Shown: positions 19,125-29,042, counted from the first letter of the stretch. The stretch is DNA of 41,788 nt from Candidatus Zixiibacteriota bacterium (GCA_040235515.1 JBECKX010000217.1:1-41788); one strand, 5' to 3'. The notes: generated from the sequence alone by a model not told the origin. Program-made: numbers and translations.

Positions 19125-19142
19125 AGTCAATCGCTATGCCCA
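19125..19142 (-). promoter_or_regulatory. possible sigma54 -24/-12 promoter
   Basis: minus strand TGGGCATAGCGATTGACT (GG-N10-GA, vs consensus TGGCAC-N5-TTGC); upstream inverted repeats at 19186-19220. Confidence 0.35.
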
Positions 19143-19345
19143 AACTTAAGTTGTGGGATAGCAAAGGTTTAACTTGCCGGGCAGCGTCAGGAGTGTGACA
19201 TGCTGTGGCTAAAAAGTCACGCGCACCGATTCCTGACCCAATAATCACTTGGAGTTTACGAAGCCCCCATTATATTGAGGTCACCATACACTCAAGGTCC
19301 TAAATAGATACTACATAATTTCTTTTCTACCTGTCGGAGGTTATT

Positions 19346-20926
19346 GTGAGGAGCAGTGCTATTGTCGGCGTCTGCACGGCTCTCCTTTTGACCGTGCTGA
19401 TGACTGCGGCAGGGGGGGCAATCAATCCAATACTCACTTACCAGGGCTTCCTACGTGACATGGATGGTGTGGCATATCCGGATGGAGCCTACCAATTCAC
19501 GTTCGTGATCTACCCTGATTCCGTCGGGGGGACGGCCCTCTGGAGTGAGAGCCAGACTCTTAATGTCGCAGATGGTCTGGTGCATGCCAATCTGGGTTCT
19601 GTCGTGCCACTGGCACAGAGCGTGTTTGCATCCGCTCCGCTCTGGCTGGGGGTACAACTTGAGTCTGAACCGGAGTTTACTCCGCGCCATTTCATCGGCT
19701 CCAGCGTTTATGCCTTTGTTGCCGCTGATGCCGAAGCACTTGGCGGTCATCCCGCCGAGTATTTCGCCGACACCGCTTCAGTGCAGACTTCACTCCAGCA
19801 GGCAATCGCTGCACACGACTCTGATGCACAAGCGCATCGCCCCCTTGATCTGGATGCTTCAGAAATTGTCTCAGGAGTAATCGACCCCGCCCGTCTTCCC
19901 GCAGTTGAGATAGGAAGCGCCGAGGTCACCGACGGCTCACTTCTCGCGGAGGACCTGGCCGACTCGGTGATCACTGGCGACAAGATAGCCGCGGGAACGA
20001 TTCAGAGCGAGCATCTCTCCTCAAGTTCATTCACCGGCGCCAATATCGAGGATGGCAGCCTTACCGCCGATGACCTTGCTGACTCAACCATAACAGGAGA
20101 CAAGATAGCGACAGGTTCGATAACGAGTGAACATCTTGCCGAAACGGCATTTACTGGTGCAGATATCACCGATGGTTCTTTGACCTCGGCCGATCTTGCC
20201 GATTCATCGATCACGGGAGCGAAGTTGGCGACCGGGTCAATTGAGGCAGTCCACCTCTCTGGTGTTGCCATCACCGGTGCACAGATTGCGGATCACACGA
20301 TTACCGGTGCAGATATTCAGTTGGCCGGAATAGGATTCAATGAAATTGAGCCGCAGGTGATCTCCGATTACCACATCGCCAACGCATCGATCAGTGGATA
20401 CAAGCTCAAGGCCAACAGTGTCAGCGGCTACGAGATTGAGGATCTGAGCCTCTCCGGCGACGACCTTGCCGACAACTCACTGGTCGCGCGCCATTTCGCG
20501 AACAACCAGATTACCGCGCAGAAAATCGTCGATGAACCGGGGGTCAAAGAGGCAAATTCGCCGTTGCTGACCTCAGTCAACTCGAGCCCTGTCACCTGGT
20601 TTGGTGTTTCGATGAACCTGCCTGCGGCCGGCTACGTGATTGCGATTTTCACCTGCTACACAAGTCTTAGCACAGGGGAGATCGCCCAGATATCGTTGTC
20701 GCAAAATCAGAATACTTTCGATGGGCGGGTTGTTGAAGCGCGCTTGTCGTCCGGTTCCGGCGCGATCGGAGGAAACCTGCCGATGACGGTTATCCAGACC
20801 TTCACCTTCGCTACCGGCGGACCGATTTCGATTTATGGCAATGTTCGGGCATCAGCGAGTTCGTCAGGTCCGGTTGACTTCGCGAGTGGCTCGATCCAGG
20901 CTATCTACATCCCGACTACCTACTAG
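19346..20926 (+). CDS. secreted tail-fibre-like protein with decapeptide-repeat shaft
   Basis: GGAGG RBS + GTG; signal peptide; 'LTYQGFLRD...LWSESQ' N-domain; phage-fibre-like motifs 'ADAEALGG' and 'DASEIVSGVIDPARLP'; 21 decamer repeats; beta-rich head. Confidence 0.75.
   Translation: MRSSAIVGVCTALLLTVLMTAAGGAINPILTYQGFLRDMDGVAYPDGAYQFTFVIYPDSVGGTALWSESQTLNVADGLVHANLGSVVPLAQSVFASAPLWLGVQLESEPEFTPRHFIGSSVYAFVAADAEALGGHPAEYFADTASVQTSLQQAIAAHDSDAQAHRPLDLDASEIVSGVIDPARLPAVEIGSAEVTDGSLLAEDLADSVITGDKIAAGTIQSEHLSSSSFTGANIEDGSLTADDLADSTITGDKIATGSITSEHLAETAFTGADITDGSLTSADLADSSITGAKLATGSIEAVHLSGVAITGAQIADHTITGADIQLAGIGFNEIEPQVISDYHIANASISGYKLKANSVSGYEIEDLSLSGDDLADNSLVARHFANNQITAQKIVDEPGVKEANSPLLTSVNSSPVTWFGVSMNLPAAGYVIAIFTCYTSLSTGEIAQISLSQNQNTFDGRVVEARLSSGSGAIGGNLPMTVIQTFTFATGGPISIYGNVRASASSSGPVDFASGSIQAIYIPTTY
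19910..20539 (+). repeat. 21 x 30-bp (10-aa) coding repeats with 120-bp higher-order period
   Basis: e.g. LLAEDLADSV ITGDKIAAGT IQSEHLSSSS FTGANIEDGS / LTADDLADST ITGDKIATGS ITSEHLAETA FTGADITDGS. Confidence 0.9.
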
Positions 20927-20945
20927 GTTTCGCGGGCATAACACC

Positions 20946-21365
20946 ATGAGAAGAATACTTCACTGGTTAGGAATCGCGGTAGTGGCTGCGCTGCTGCTGC
21001 AACCCCACACAAGCTATGCTTCAGAGAGCACCGGATCTGCCGCCGCAACCAGGATGACATCCGGGAATCTGGTGATGGATGCATCCCTCGGTCAGCCCAT
21101 AATCGGAATCAGCGGTGATTTGGTAGGGGGCTTTCTGGGCCAGAAGGCGGTGCCTTCATTCTATCCCGGTGATGCCGATGGCAGCGGAGTGGTCACGATT
21201 GCCGATGCAGTCTGGATCATAAACTTCATCTTTGGCGGAGGACTACCACCCAAGCCAATTCGCGCCGGTGACGCTGACTGTTCCGGCGGGGTCGCAATCG
21301 GAGACGCCGTTTATATCATCAACTATGTGTTTGGTGGTGGAACGGCACCGCAATATTGCAGGTAG
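20946..21365 (+). CDS. small secreted protein with C-terminal dockerin-like domain
   Basis: ATG at 20946, 19 nt after the fibre stop; signal peptide; 'SGNLVMDASLGQPIIG...GGFL' motif; duplicated GDADGSGVVTIADAVWIINFIFGGG. Confidence 0.8.
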   Translation: MRRILHWLGIAVVAALLLQPHTSYASESTGSAAATRMTSGNLVMDASLGQPIIGISGDLVGGFLGQKAVPSFYPGDADGSGVVTIADAVWIINFIFGGGLPPKPIRAGDADCSGGVAIGDAVYIINYVFGGGTAPQYCR

Positions 21366-21399
21366 CCGGCGAAGCTTCGCTGTTTAGTACGCTTGGAGA

Positions 21400-22740
21400 C
21401 TACTCCGGTTCATCCAGACCGAGCGATTTGATCTTGCGGTAAAGGTAGCTGCGATCGAGGCCAAGTATCTCCGCCGCTTCGGTCATATTCCCCTTAGTCT
21501 GCTTCAGCACATCCCCGATATAACGTTCCTCAAACTCGAGAGTGGCATCCTTCAGGGGCTTAAAGCCTGTCTGCCCCTCGGTGTCCATCAGACCGGTGAG
21601 GCTTGCGGCGGTCAACTCTCCACCGCGATGAGTAATCAGGAGCCGTTCCAGGATGTTACGCAGCTCTCGCACGTTGCCGGGGAAATGATATTTCTCCAGG
21701 GCCTCGAAGAGGTCATCCGCGACACGGGGTGCGGGTTTGCCCATCCGCGCGCTGAGCCGCTTGAGATGATGCAACAGGATATGCTCGAGGTCATCGGTCA
21801 ACTCACGCAGTGGTGGCATCGTGATCGAGAAAACATTGATTCTGAAGTAGAGGTCCTGGCGAAACTTGCCATCGTCAACCTGCTTCACGATGTCACGGTT
21901 GGTGGCACAGATCAAGCGGAAGTCACTGTCGATCGCCCTGTTGCCACCGATGCGTTCGAACGTCTGGTCCTCGAGCACACGCAGTAGCTTTGCCTGCAAC
22001 TGTGGAGCCATTTCGGCGATCTCATCAAGGAAGATCGTGCCGCCGTCCGCCTGTTCGAATTTCCCGATTCGCTGTTGAGTGGCGCCGGTAAACGCGCCCT
22101 TCTCGTGGCCGAACAACTCCGATTCGAGCAGTTCACGCGGGATCGCCGCAGTGTTGACCGCAATGAACGGTGCGGCTGCACGGCGGCTGTGGCGATGGAT
22201 CAATCGCGCCGCCACCTCCTTGCCGGTTCCCGATTCTCCCAGCAGCAGCACGGATGAATTGGTGGTGGCAACAGCCTGCAGTTGTTCGCGCACGTCATTG
22301 ATTTTCTCCGAAGTGCCCACCAGTTGGTAGCGATCAGCGCTTTCCGCCTCTCCGCTGGCGACCTTTCTGCTGAGGCGGTCAAGCTTAAGGGCGTTGCGCA
22401 GCGTCAGTTCGACCTTCTCGGGACTGAGTGGTTTTTCCAGAAAGTCCATTGCACCCGACTTGATGGCAGTTACCGCATCAGCCAGACTCGCCTGCCCGGA
22501 GATCATCACGATGCCCTGGCGCGGAAACCGGCTGCGGAAGTCGCTCAGCAACTCAAGTCCGGTGCCATCCGGAAGCTGCAGGTCAAGTAGTGCGAGCGAG
22601 ATGTTGTCGGTATTGAGACGGCGTGCATCGGCGCAGTTTGCGGCGGTTACCACATCGAAGTCACTCTCGCGCAGATAATCGGAAAGTGTGGCGCGGATGC
22701 GCTCGTCATCGTCGACTATGAGGATCTTATGCTTTTTCAT
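21400..22740 (-). CDS. sigma54-dependent response regulator (NtrC/NtrX type)
   Basis: receiver (ILIVDDD, LLDL, ISG), [29 protein letters not shown], Fis-type HTH; start at MKKHK 22740. Confidence 0.93.
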   Translation of the reverse strand: MKKHKILIVDDDERIRATLSDYLRESDFDVVTAANCADARRLNTDNISLALLDLQLPDGTGLELLSDFRSRFPRQGIVMISGQASLADAVTAIKSGAMDFLEKPLSPEKVELTLRNALKLDRLSRKVASGEAESADRYQLVGTSEKINDVREQLQAVATTNSSVLLLGESGTGKEVAARLIHRHSRRAAAPFIAVNTAAIPRELLESELFGHEKGAFTGATQQRIGKFEQADGGTIFLDEIAEMAPQLQAKLLRVLEDQTFERIGGNRAIDSDFRLICATNRDIVKQVDDGKFRQDLYFRINVFSITMPPLRELTDDLEHILLHHLKRLSARMGKPAPRVADDLFEALEKYHFPGNVRELRNILERLLITHRGGELTAASLTGLMDTEGQTGFKPLKDATLEFEERYIGDVLKQTKGNMTEAAEILGLDRSYLYRKIKSLGLDEPE

Positions 22741-24469
22741 CGGCTGGAAGATAAAATGTAAAAACCGCTCCCCGTGACGGATTGTTGCAGAATGAGAGGT
22801 CACCGCCATGGTCGAGGATTATCCTGCGGCAAATCGCCAGCCCGAGGCCGTTGCCATCCTGCTTGGTTGTGAACAGCGGCGTGAAAACCCGGTCGATCTT
22901 GTCAGGCGGAATCCCCTCCCCATCGTCGGCGACCTCGAAGTAGACGCGGTCACCCGCCTGGGAGGGTTTTTGAATCACTTTCAGCTCCACCACCGTCGCC
23001 CTGGCCTCAAATGCGTTACGAATCAGGTTGACCAGCACCTGATGAATCAGGCCGGCATCACATTGAATCGGGCGCAGCTCTCCTTCGATGTTCAACACCA
23101 GCTCCGCACGTGCGACTCTCTCGCTGTAAGTGGATTTGACACGTTCCAGTAACTCCCTGACCTCGACTCGCGCAGGTTTCGGCGCCGGCAGTCTGGCAAA
23201 CTCGCTGAATGAGCCGATCAATTGGCGCATACGTCCAGCTTCATATTGCAGCGATTCTACGGCCCGCTTCAGCTTATCTGAATCGATTTCGCCGGTGTCC
23301 ACCCAGCGCTGAAGTTGACCTGTGGTCGTGACCAGCGGCATCAGGTAGTTGCGGATTTCATGTGCGGTCTGACGTGCGAACATCTGCCACGCAGCCACCT
23401 GCTCGCTGCGCCGTAACTTCTCCTGTGTCTCCTGAAGATCATCGGCCAGGTAGTTTAATCCGGTGACGATGTCGCCGATCTCATCATCTCGCAGGTAGAT
23501 CGATCGACCTGTCGTCTGCCCGGCCGCCAGCTTGCGCGCGGCTGTAGCCATCTCGGCTACCGGCTTAGAAAGCGATCGCTGGTAGAAGAACCCGAGCAAC
23601 AATGAGAGTAGTATGGTGACTGCCCCGAGCAAAGCAATCGTCTTGAACAGTTCTCGCTTCGTAACGAGGAGCTGCTGTTGATCGAAGATGTACATCAATG
23701 AGCCCACCCTGGTACCGTCGATCCCGGTCAGGTCCATCTCTCGTACGAAGTAGCTATGGTCGAGGATGTTCGCCTGCCAGTAGGTTTTTTCATTCTGCAC
23801 CTGCGCAAGGCGCGACAGGGAGGATATCAGGAGGGTATCGTCCGAGTTGACGATCAACGCGCGATCACCGGCGCGAACCGCCAGAGCGCTTAAGTTCGAT
23901 AGCTCCAGCGGGTAAGCGGCTATCAGATCACTGAGCAGGCTACCGACAATCACTTCTGCCTTGATCTCTGAGCGGTGAAAGACGGGCGAAATCGACACTA
24001 CAGCAAGCGCCGATGGCGCCTGCGGATTCAACTGCAACATCCCGCTGCTGCTGCTGCCCGCAAGGTCGGGAATGACATTGTAATGAACCTGATCGAGCAA
24101 TCGTCCGAGCCCTTCCTGATACGATTTCAACAAGGCGGGCGGCTGATCGAGGCGAACCAGGGCAAAGCCGAATTCATCGGTTGCCACGGCTTCCTCAAGC
24201 TGCTGCTTGAATTCGGTCTCCTTGCGCGGCAAGTCGAGCAGATTGATCAGGAAACGTTTCTCGTTGGCGAGTGCAGCGGCCGACTGCTCAAGGCGGTTGA
24301 CGCGCTCATCGTAAAAATACCGAAAGGATCGCACCGCGATGTCCGAGCGGTCGATATAGACCGATTCCGCGCTGCTGTTGACATACATCAACACCAGCAC
24401 CACCATCAGTGCCAGCGGTATGACCGTGGCGATCAGGAACCCGGTTATGATTCTAATCGAGAGTTTCAA
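22727..24469 (-). CDS. membrane sensor histidine kinase (NtrY-like, HAMP)
   Basis: two TM helices, HAMP (DDEIG), [40 protein letters not shown]. Confidence 0.92.
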   Translation of the reverse strand: MKLSIRIITGFLIATVIPLALMVVLVLMYVNSSAESVYIDRSDIAVRSFRYFYDERVNRLEQSAAALANEKRFLINLLDLPRKETEFKQQLEEAVATDEFGFALVRLDQPPALLKSYQEGLGRLLDQVHYNVIPDLAGSSSSGMLQLNPQAPSALAVVSISPVFHRSEIKAEVIVGSLLSDLIAAYPLELSNLSALAVRAGDRALIVNSDDTLLISSLSRLAQVQNEKTYWQANILDHSYFVREMDLTGIDGTRVGSLMYIFDQQQLLVTKRELFKTIALLGAVTILLSLLLGFFYQRSLSKPVAEMATAARKLAAGQTTGRSIYLRDDEIGDIVTGLNYLADDLQETQEKLRRSEQVAAWQMFARQTAHEIRNYLMPLVTTTGQLQRWVDTGEIDSDKLKRAVESLQYEAGRMRQLIGSFSEFARLPAPKPARVEVRELLERVKSTYSERVARAELVLNIEGELRPIQCDAGLIHQVLVNLIRNAFEARATVVELKVIQKPSQAGDRVYFEVADDGEGIPPDKIDRVFTPLFTTKQDGNGLGLAICRRIILDHGGDLSFCNNPSRGAVFTFYLPADEKA

Positions 24470-24471
24470 GC

Positions 24472-25818
24472 CTACTTCTTTCGGATCGACACAGATTCTT
24501 TGAATCGGTAAAAATCGCCAATTTGATAAATCTCGTTCTTGCGTGAGAAGTGCTGCGTGGCTCTTCCGGTGCGAAACAGAAGCCGTTCGCGACCAAGAGG
24601 GATTACCTGACCGGTGTGGCAGAAGTATCTCGAGAAGCAGTCAACATCGACCATCGTGATGGATTCCCTGAAGGGGCACTCGTTCTGCAGCGGTCGAATC
24701 ATATTCAAATGCGAGAGTGCATCGGCTATCGAGAGCACCCACTGAAGCGATACCAGGCGCAGGGCCGAATCGGCGACGGCTCCCGGTTGAAAGATACTGG
24801 TCAGGAAGAGTTGGCCGCCAGCAATCGAGTCGTTCGCCGTCTTTTCCACCAATTCCAATCGGCCACCGCACTGAGCGACCTGACTCTTGAGCAGTTCGCT
24901 GGTACCGGAATACAGATTCGCGCGGGTCATCATCACCGATGCGATACGTCTGTCGAGTCGCAACTGCTGATAAAGCAGCTTTGCGTTCTCGCTGTTGCGG
25001 GGGAATTGCGTGACGAAGTCAGCTTCGGTGAGCAAACAGGATAGAGGGAGCGCGGGATCGGCACGATTCAACACACCCCGCAATGCGTAGTTAAGCGCTG
25101 TGGCCCTCAAGTCATCCGGCCCAAAGTTACTGAGCAGCGCGAACTCGACAAAATCAGCGCTGCGGAATAAGTTGGCATCACCACCATCCAGTGTCACGGC
25201 ATCAAGTTCGGGCCAAAGCAGCAGATCAACTGCACCGATCGAGAGTTCGATTTCGGCATCCCGATCGCTGTCATAGTAGATCGGTTGATAATGGATGAGT
25301 GATGCTCCAGTCGTGTCGAGTGAATTCAAGTAGGCGCCGAAGCCGCCGGAGAAAATGGAGTAGGGTTGCATATCGAGATCACGTGGCACGCCAACGTAGA
25401 GGGTGTCTACGAGCCGCTCCGTAGGAAAACGTACCGTGAATCTGCAGCGGTTGGAATCAAGCGAGAGTATAGTAACGAGATAGTCGGGTAGTCGTCCGGA
25501 AACCACGACGGCGCCGGCGTTGTCGGCAATGGCGACTTGATCGAGCACTTCGCCGCCCCGCTGAATGCTGATCACAAAGTTGGAGTCGATGAAGTAGCTG
25601 CCCTCGACCCAAAGGTAGAGGCGCTGATCGCGCAACCTGAGGAATTCGGCATCGTACTCCAGCACACTGCGCGCGACCACTTCGTTGGCGGTAACGGCGA
25701 CGGTCACGGCGACGGTCACTGCGACGGTCACTGCGACAACAACCACTACGACAAAACGGGTCACCGGCTGCAACAAAGTCCGGAGTATGGTAAAGAGAGG
25801 AATTCGCAAGCTAATCAC
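24472..25818 (-). CDS. exported protein, possibly a degenerate family-5 solute-binding protein
   Basis: hydrophobic N-terminus with VTVA repeats; weak SBP5-like motifs (IGAVDLL, LRATALNYAL, NSENAKLLY, VIPL); stop 2 nt before the kinase start. Confidence 0.55.
   Translation of the reverse strand: MISLRIPLFTILRTLLQPVTRFVVVVVVAVTVAVTVAVTVAVTANEVVARSVLEYDAEFLRLRDQRLYLWVEGSYFIDSNFVISIQRGGEVLDQVAIADNAGAVVVSGRLPDYLVTILSLDSNRCRFTVRFPTERLVDTLYVGVPRDLDMQPYSIFSGGFGAYLNSLDTTGASLIHYQPIYYDSDRDAEIELSIGAVDLLLWPELDAVTLDGGDANLFRSADFVEFALLSNFGPDDLRATALNYALRGVLNRADPALPLSCLLTEADFVTQFPRNSENAKLLYQQLRLDRRIASVMMTRANLYSGTSELLKSQVAQCGGRLELVEKTANDSIAGGQLFLTSIFQPGAVADSALRLVSLQWVLSIADALSHLNMIRPLQNECPFRESITMVDVDCFSRYFCHTGQVIPLGRERLLFRTGRATQHFSRKNEIYQIGDFYRFKESVSIRKK
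25697..25737. repeat. 12-bp tandem repeat (about 3.4 copies) in a signal/TM segment
   Basis: GCGACGGTCAC(G/T) x3 + GCGAC; encodes (VTVA)n on the minus strand. Confidence 0.85.
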
Positions 25819-25912
25819 GCCCTTCGCGGTTTACCCCTTATACAAGCGAGCTTCAGCCCGGCTGGCAAGCGAGTTCTTCGGGTGATTCGGGGATTGATGA
25901 GGCTTTATGGCA

Positions 25913-27019
25913 TCAGGAGGATGCTTCGGCAGGCTCAGGATTTGCAGGTTGCTGTTCTTCTTCCCGCTTCGGTTCGACAATCAGGGTTCCCGGCAGATCC
26001 TTAGGACCGCGCAGGCGGTAGTTGATCGGAATGAATTTTTGAGTTACCCAGAGGTTGGTGCGCAGATGCTCGGTGATTTTGGAGACATTGAGTTCAACGC
26101 GCTCGCCGCAGAGGGCGGCGTAGGGGATAAGCTGGTCGGCGAGGTAGTGGTCGAGGCAGACATTCTTGCCAAGATAGTTGACCAGCTCTGTCACCGCGGC
26201 ATTCGCAACCTTCTCAGCGGAGAGCCCTTTCTCGCCGAGGCAGGAGAAACCGGCACGGACATTTTCAAACTCCGCCGTGAGGTGAACGATCGTACCCTTG
26301 CCGTTGGCCTTAACATCGATGCTGCGCATCCGCGCATTGAGGTTCTCCGCCTTCATCGCTCGCAGTGAGGCCTTCAGTTGCCGGTCTCCGATATTGCGGG
26401 GCAGGTTCGAGCTGGCGGAGATTCCGTAGATCTTCCGCAACTTCCCCCGATCGGTAAACTGGCGCGGACGTAATTTGGTAATTGGCTTGATTCGCAGGCT
26501 CAAGTCTCCACCGCCCTCAGGATACCAGCCCCAGCGGCCAATCTTGAGGAAGGTCTGACAGCCGAGCATCCCCAGTACCGGCAGGAACACTTGCTTGAGA
26601 TAGGTGGCCGGTGGTGACCACGGCACGTGGGTACCACCCTTGACGATCACGGTTGACTCGCCTTTGGTGAACAGCAGCGGCAGCAGGACGGTTTGCAGCA
26701 CGAGGGTCGCCGACCCGGCAGATTTCTTGCTCTCAGCGACATCGAAGCTATACTTGCCGTAGCGTACTTTACCGGGGATAAACCGGAGACGCTCGGAATT
26801 GATCTCCGCGCCCTCGGCGTTTCCGTTACAAATCGCCAGGCAGGCTTTGACCGCCGTCAGATGCTGCGGCATCAAGCCGGGGAATTTCCTGTTGGCACGG
26901 ATATTGGTAACTTCCACCGGTTTGCCGGTCAAAGTTGACAGTGCGATTGATGTGCGGAGGATCTGTCCGCCGCCCTCACCGAAACTACCATCGACGCGTA
27001 TGAATTCTTGCTCGGCCAT
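25913..27019 (-). CDS. rtcA: RNA 3'-terminal phosphate cyclase
   Basis: DGSFGEGGGQILRT, GLMPQHL, GGTHVPWSP, GWYPEGGG, catalytic His region LDHYLADQL...TEHLRTN. Confidence 0.95.
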   Translation of the reverse strand: MAEQEFIRVDGSFGEGGGQILRTSIALSTLTGKPVEVTNIRANRKFPGLMPQHLTAVKACLAICNGNAEGAEINSERLRFIPGKVRYGKYSFDVAESKKSAGSATLVLQTVLLPLLFTKGESTVIVKGGTHVPWSPPATYLKQVFLPVLGMLGCQTFLKIGRWGWYPEGGGDLSLRIKPITKLRPRQFTDRGKLRKIYGISASSNLPRNIGDRQLKASLRAMKAENLNARMRSIDVKANGKGTIVHLTAEFENVRAGFSCLGEKGLSAEKVANAAVTELVNYLGKNVCLDHYLADQLIPYAALCGERVELNVSKITEHLRTNLWVTQKFIPINYRLRGPKDLPGTLIVEPKREEEQQPANPEPAEASS

Positions 27020-27105
27020 AATCACTCAACTAACAGAGAGTCTGTGCTAAGGTCAAGTTGAAAAAGCGGTTGCGGAAGGACACAGAGGGAGTCTTCTTCC
27101 ATGTC

Positions 27106-27426
27106 ATGAGAGTCAATCCAACGGTCATCTTCGTAGTCCTCATCGCGCTTCTGGTCGGTTGTGCCGGAGAGCCAAAGGTGCTCCACACATTCCGGTTCAT
27201 CTCGGATGGCCAATCCACGGTTCTCCAGCAACTGCAAGAGTTGCACAGGGTCACGGCGGACAGCTCCAGTATGGGGGTTCTGGTCAAATCGATCGACGAG
27301 ATCGATCAGACGCGGACCGCCTTCTGGCTCTACTTCGTCAACAGCGAGGCCGCTTCAGCCGCCGCCGATAGTTTCATACCGGAGTCCGGCGATACGATCG
27401 AATGGCGCCTGACGGAGTTATACTGA
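27106..27426 (+). CDS. small lipoprotein, DUF4430 (transcobalamin beta-domain-like)
   Basis: lipobox LVGC; 'LVKSIDEI', 'FWLYFVNSEAASAAADSFIPESGDTIEW'. Confidence 0.72.
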   Translation: MRVNPTVIFVVLIALLVGCAGEPKVLHTFRFISDGQSTVLQQLQELHRVTADSSSMGVLVKSIDEIDQTRTAFWLYFVNSEAASAAADSFIPESGDTIEWRLTELY

Positions 27427-27449
27427 TTGACGGGCTCGCAAGGTCCGCT

Positions 27450-28298
27450 TTAAGATTCGGCGGCGATCTCAGTATGGTGGAAACGGTCAGCCGGTACGCT
27501 GAGTGATTCGCGCGATCGCAGCGTAAAATAGAGAATCACGCCAAAGAGGAACAGCCCGATCGCGATCAGGTGATTCCAGGTGAACTGGATGCCAAACAGA
27601 GTAGTGAGCATCTCCGGCTCGTAGTACCGGACATATTCGATCAGGAAACGAAATACAGCTTCGATCATCAGCAGGTAGGCAAAGGTGGCGCCGAAGAAGC
27701 GCTTATGTTTGTCGGAGAAATGCAGCACGAAGAACATCAGCAGGCCATAGGCCGAAGAATACAGTTGTGTCGGGTGCAGCGGCTGGCTGCCGAAATGGAA
27801 ATAGGGAATCGAGCCCTCGGGGAAGCTGACGCAGAAGAATTCATGCCCGGGGATGCCATAGCAGCAACCATTCAGGAAGCAGCCGATTCGGCTGATGAAG
27901 ATACCCAGTGCTACGGCGGGTGCGAAAATGTCGGTGACCTGCCAGAGTGATTGCTTCTTGATGCGGACATAGATCAAGGTTGCCACGATGGCGAACACGA
28001 CGCCGCCGTAGAGATTCAGTCCGGCTATTCCGAACTCGCCGGTGTCATGGAAGGGATTGTAGGCATTCCAGAGCTGCGGCCAAAAATCGGAAAGGTGGAA
28101 CAACACGTAGAAGGTGCGGGCGCCGAAGATACCTGAGAAAATGATGATAAACGCCAGGTTGAGAATAAAATTCTGGCCCACCCCTTCTCTTGAAGCGCGC
28201 CAGCGGATATACATGATGCCGACAAAGAACGATATCGCCAGCATCAGTCCGAAGCTACGCAGGGCGAAGGGACCGATCTTGATAATCTCAGGGTACAT
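27450..28298 (-). CDS. lgt: prolipoprotein diacylglyceryl transferase
   Basis: MYPEIIKIGP, GARTFYV, GLNLYGG, SRIGCFLNGCCYG, HPTQLY, RFLIEYVR. Confidence 0.93.
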   Translation of the reverse strand: MYPEIIKIGPFALRSFGLMLAISFFVGIMYIRWRASREGVGQNFILNLAFIIIFSGIFGARTFYVLFHLSDFWPQLWNAYNPFHDTGEFGIAGLNLYGGVVFAIVATLIYVRIKKQSLWQVTDIFAPAVALGIFISRIGCFLNGCCYGIPGHEFFCVSFPEGSIPYFHFGSQPLHPTQLYSSAYGLLMFFVLHFSDKHKRFFGATFAYLLMIEAVFRFLIEYVRYYEPEMLTTLFGIQFTWNHLIAIGLFLFGVILYFTLRSRESLSVPADRFHHTEIAAES

Positions 28299-28463
28299 TA
28301 GCTTGTTCGACCGAACCGGTTGTCGATCATATCTGCCTTTCCGAATTCATTGGGCGGCAATATAGCCACCAATATTGATATAACAATCGGAAAGGTGGAT
28401 GGTTCGAAAAAGGTATGGGCGATCTCTGTGGTAATCTGTTCTGCGGAATTTACTCTACCGAAT

Positions 28464-29042
28464 CTATTCTGCCGAATCATTCGTGCAATTCCTGATCGCC
28501 ATCTTGCCGGCCTCGTTGCCGAAGCGTAACAGGGCGAATGTGCAGGGCGGTGAGAAATCTCCAAAGCGCGGCGGGACACCCGCAGTCAGATCTGTTTCTG
28601 CCGCCAAAACCCTGAACCTGACGGAAATGGTGATCTCTGTGAGCGGTGGGATGTCACCATCTTTACCCCAGGTAGCATCGACGAAATCAACCCCCAGGTG
28701 GGCAGCCGCCAGGGAAGGGGTCAGAATTGTGTCTCGCTCGAGGCTGCCATACCCGTTGCACAGTTCGACGCTGAATTCGCTGTACTCGAAATATGTCGGG
28801 CTGTAGATGATACTGAAGTTTACCGCTCTTGGATACATGTGGGCTCTAAGTTCAATCGGCAGCACGACCACGCTGTCCCCCTCCGCAGAAACCCTCTCAA
28901 GATAGCTGCAACCGCAGATCAACGTATCAGGAGTCTCTTTCAACAGGTATTGCGCAGGCAATGATTCTGGATTTGTGCAGATGAAGAGAATTGTCAGAAG
29001 CAGGGTAGCACCTGCTGCAAGCGGTCCTCTTCGAGGGTTCAT
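28464..29042 (-). CDS. exported protein, possible cohesin-like domain
   Basis: GGAG RBS, signal peptide, strand pattern 'EGDSVVVLPIEL...AVNFSIIYSPTYFEY...ITISVRFRV'. Confidence 0.45.
   Translation of the reverse strand: MNPRRGPLAAGATLLLTILFICTNPESLPAQYLLKETPDTLICGCSYLERVSAEGDSVVVLPIELRAHMYPRAVNFSIIYSPTYFEYSEFSVELCNGYGSLERDTILTPSLAAAHLGVDFVDATWGKDGDIPPLTEITISVRFRVLAAETDLTAGVPPRFGDFSPPCTFALLRFGNEAGKMAIRNCTNDSAE

Noticed and set aside
19910..20539. CRISPR array or DGR template
   Set aside because: Repeats are in-frame, degenerate at the DNA level and lack spacers; no cas or reverse transcriptase gene
21400..22740. RtcR, given the nearby rtcA
   Set aside because: N-terminal domain is a receiver, not CARF, and it is paired with a histidine kinase
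28298..28579. readthrough or frameshift extension of the cohesin-like gene; separate 93-aa ORF
   Set aside because: A second in-frame TAG follows two codons later; the alternative ORF has no recognisable features
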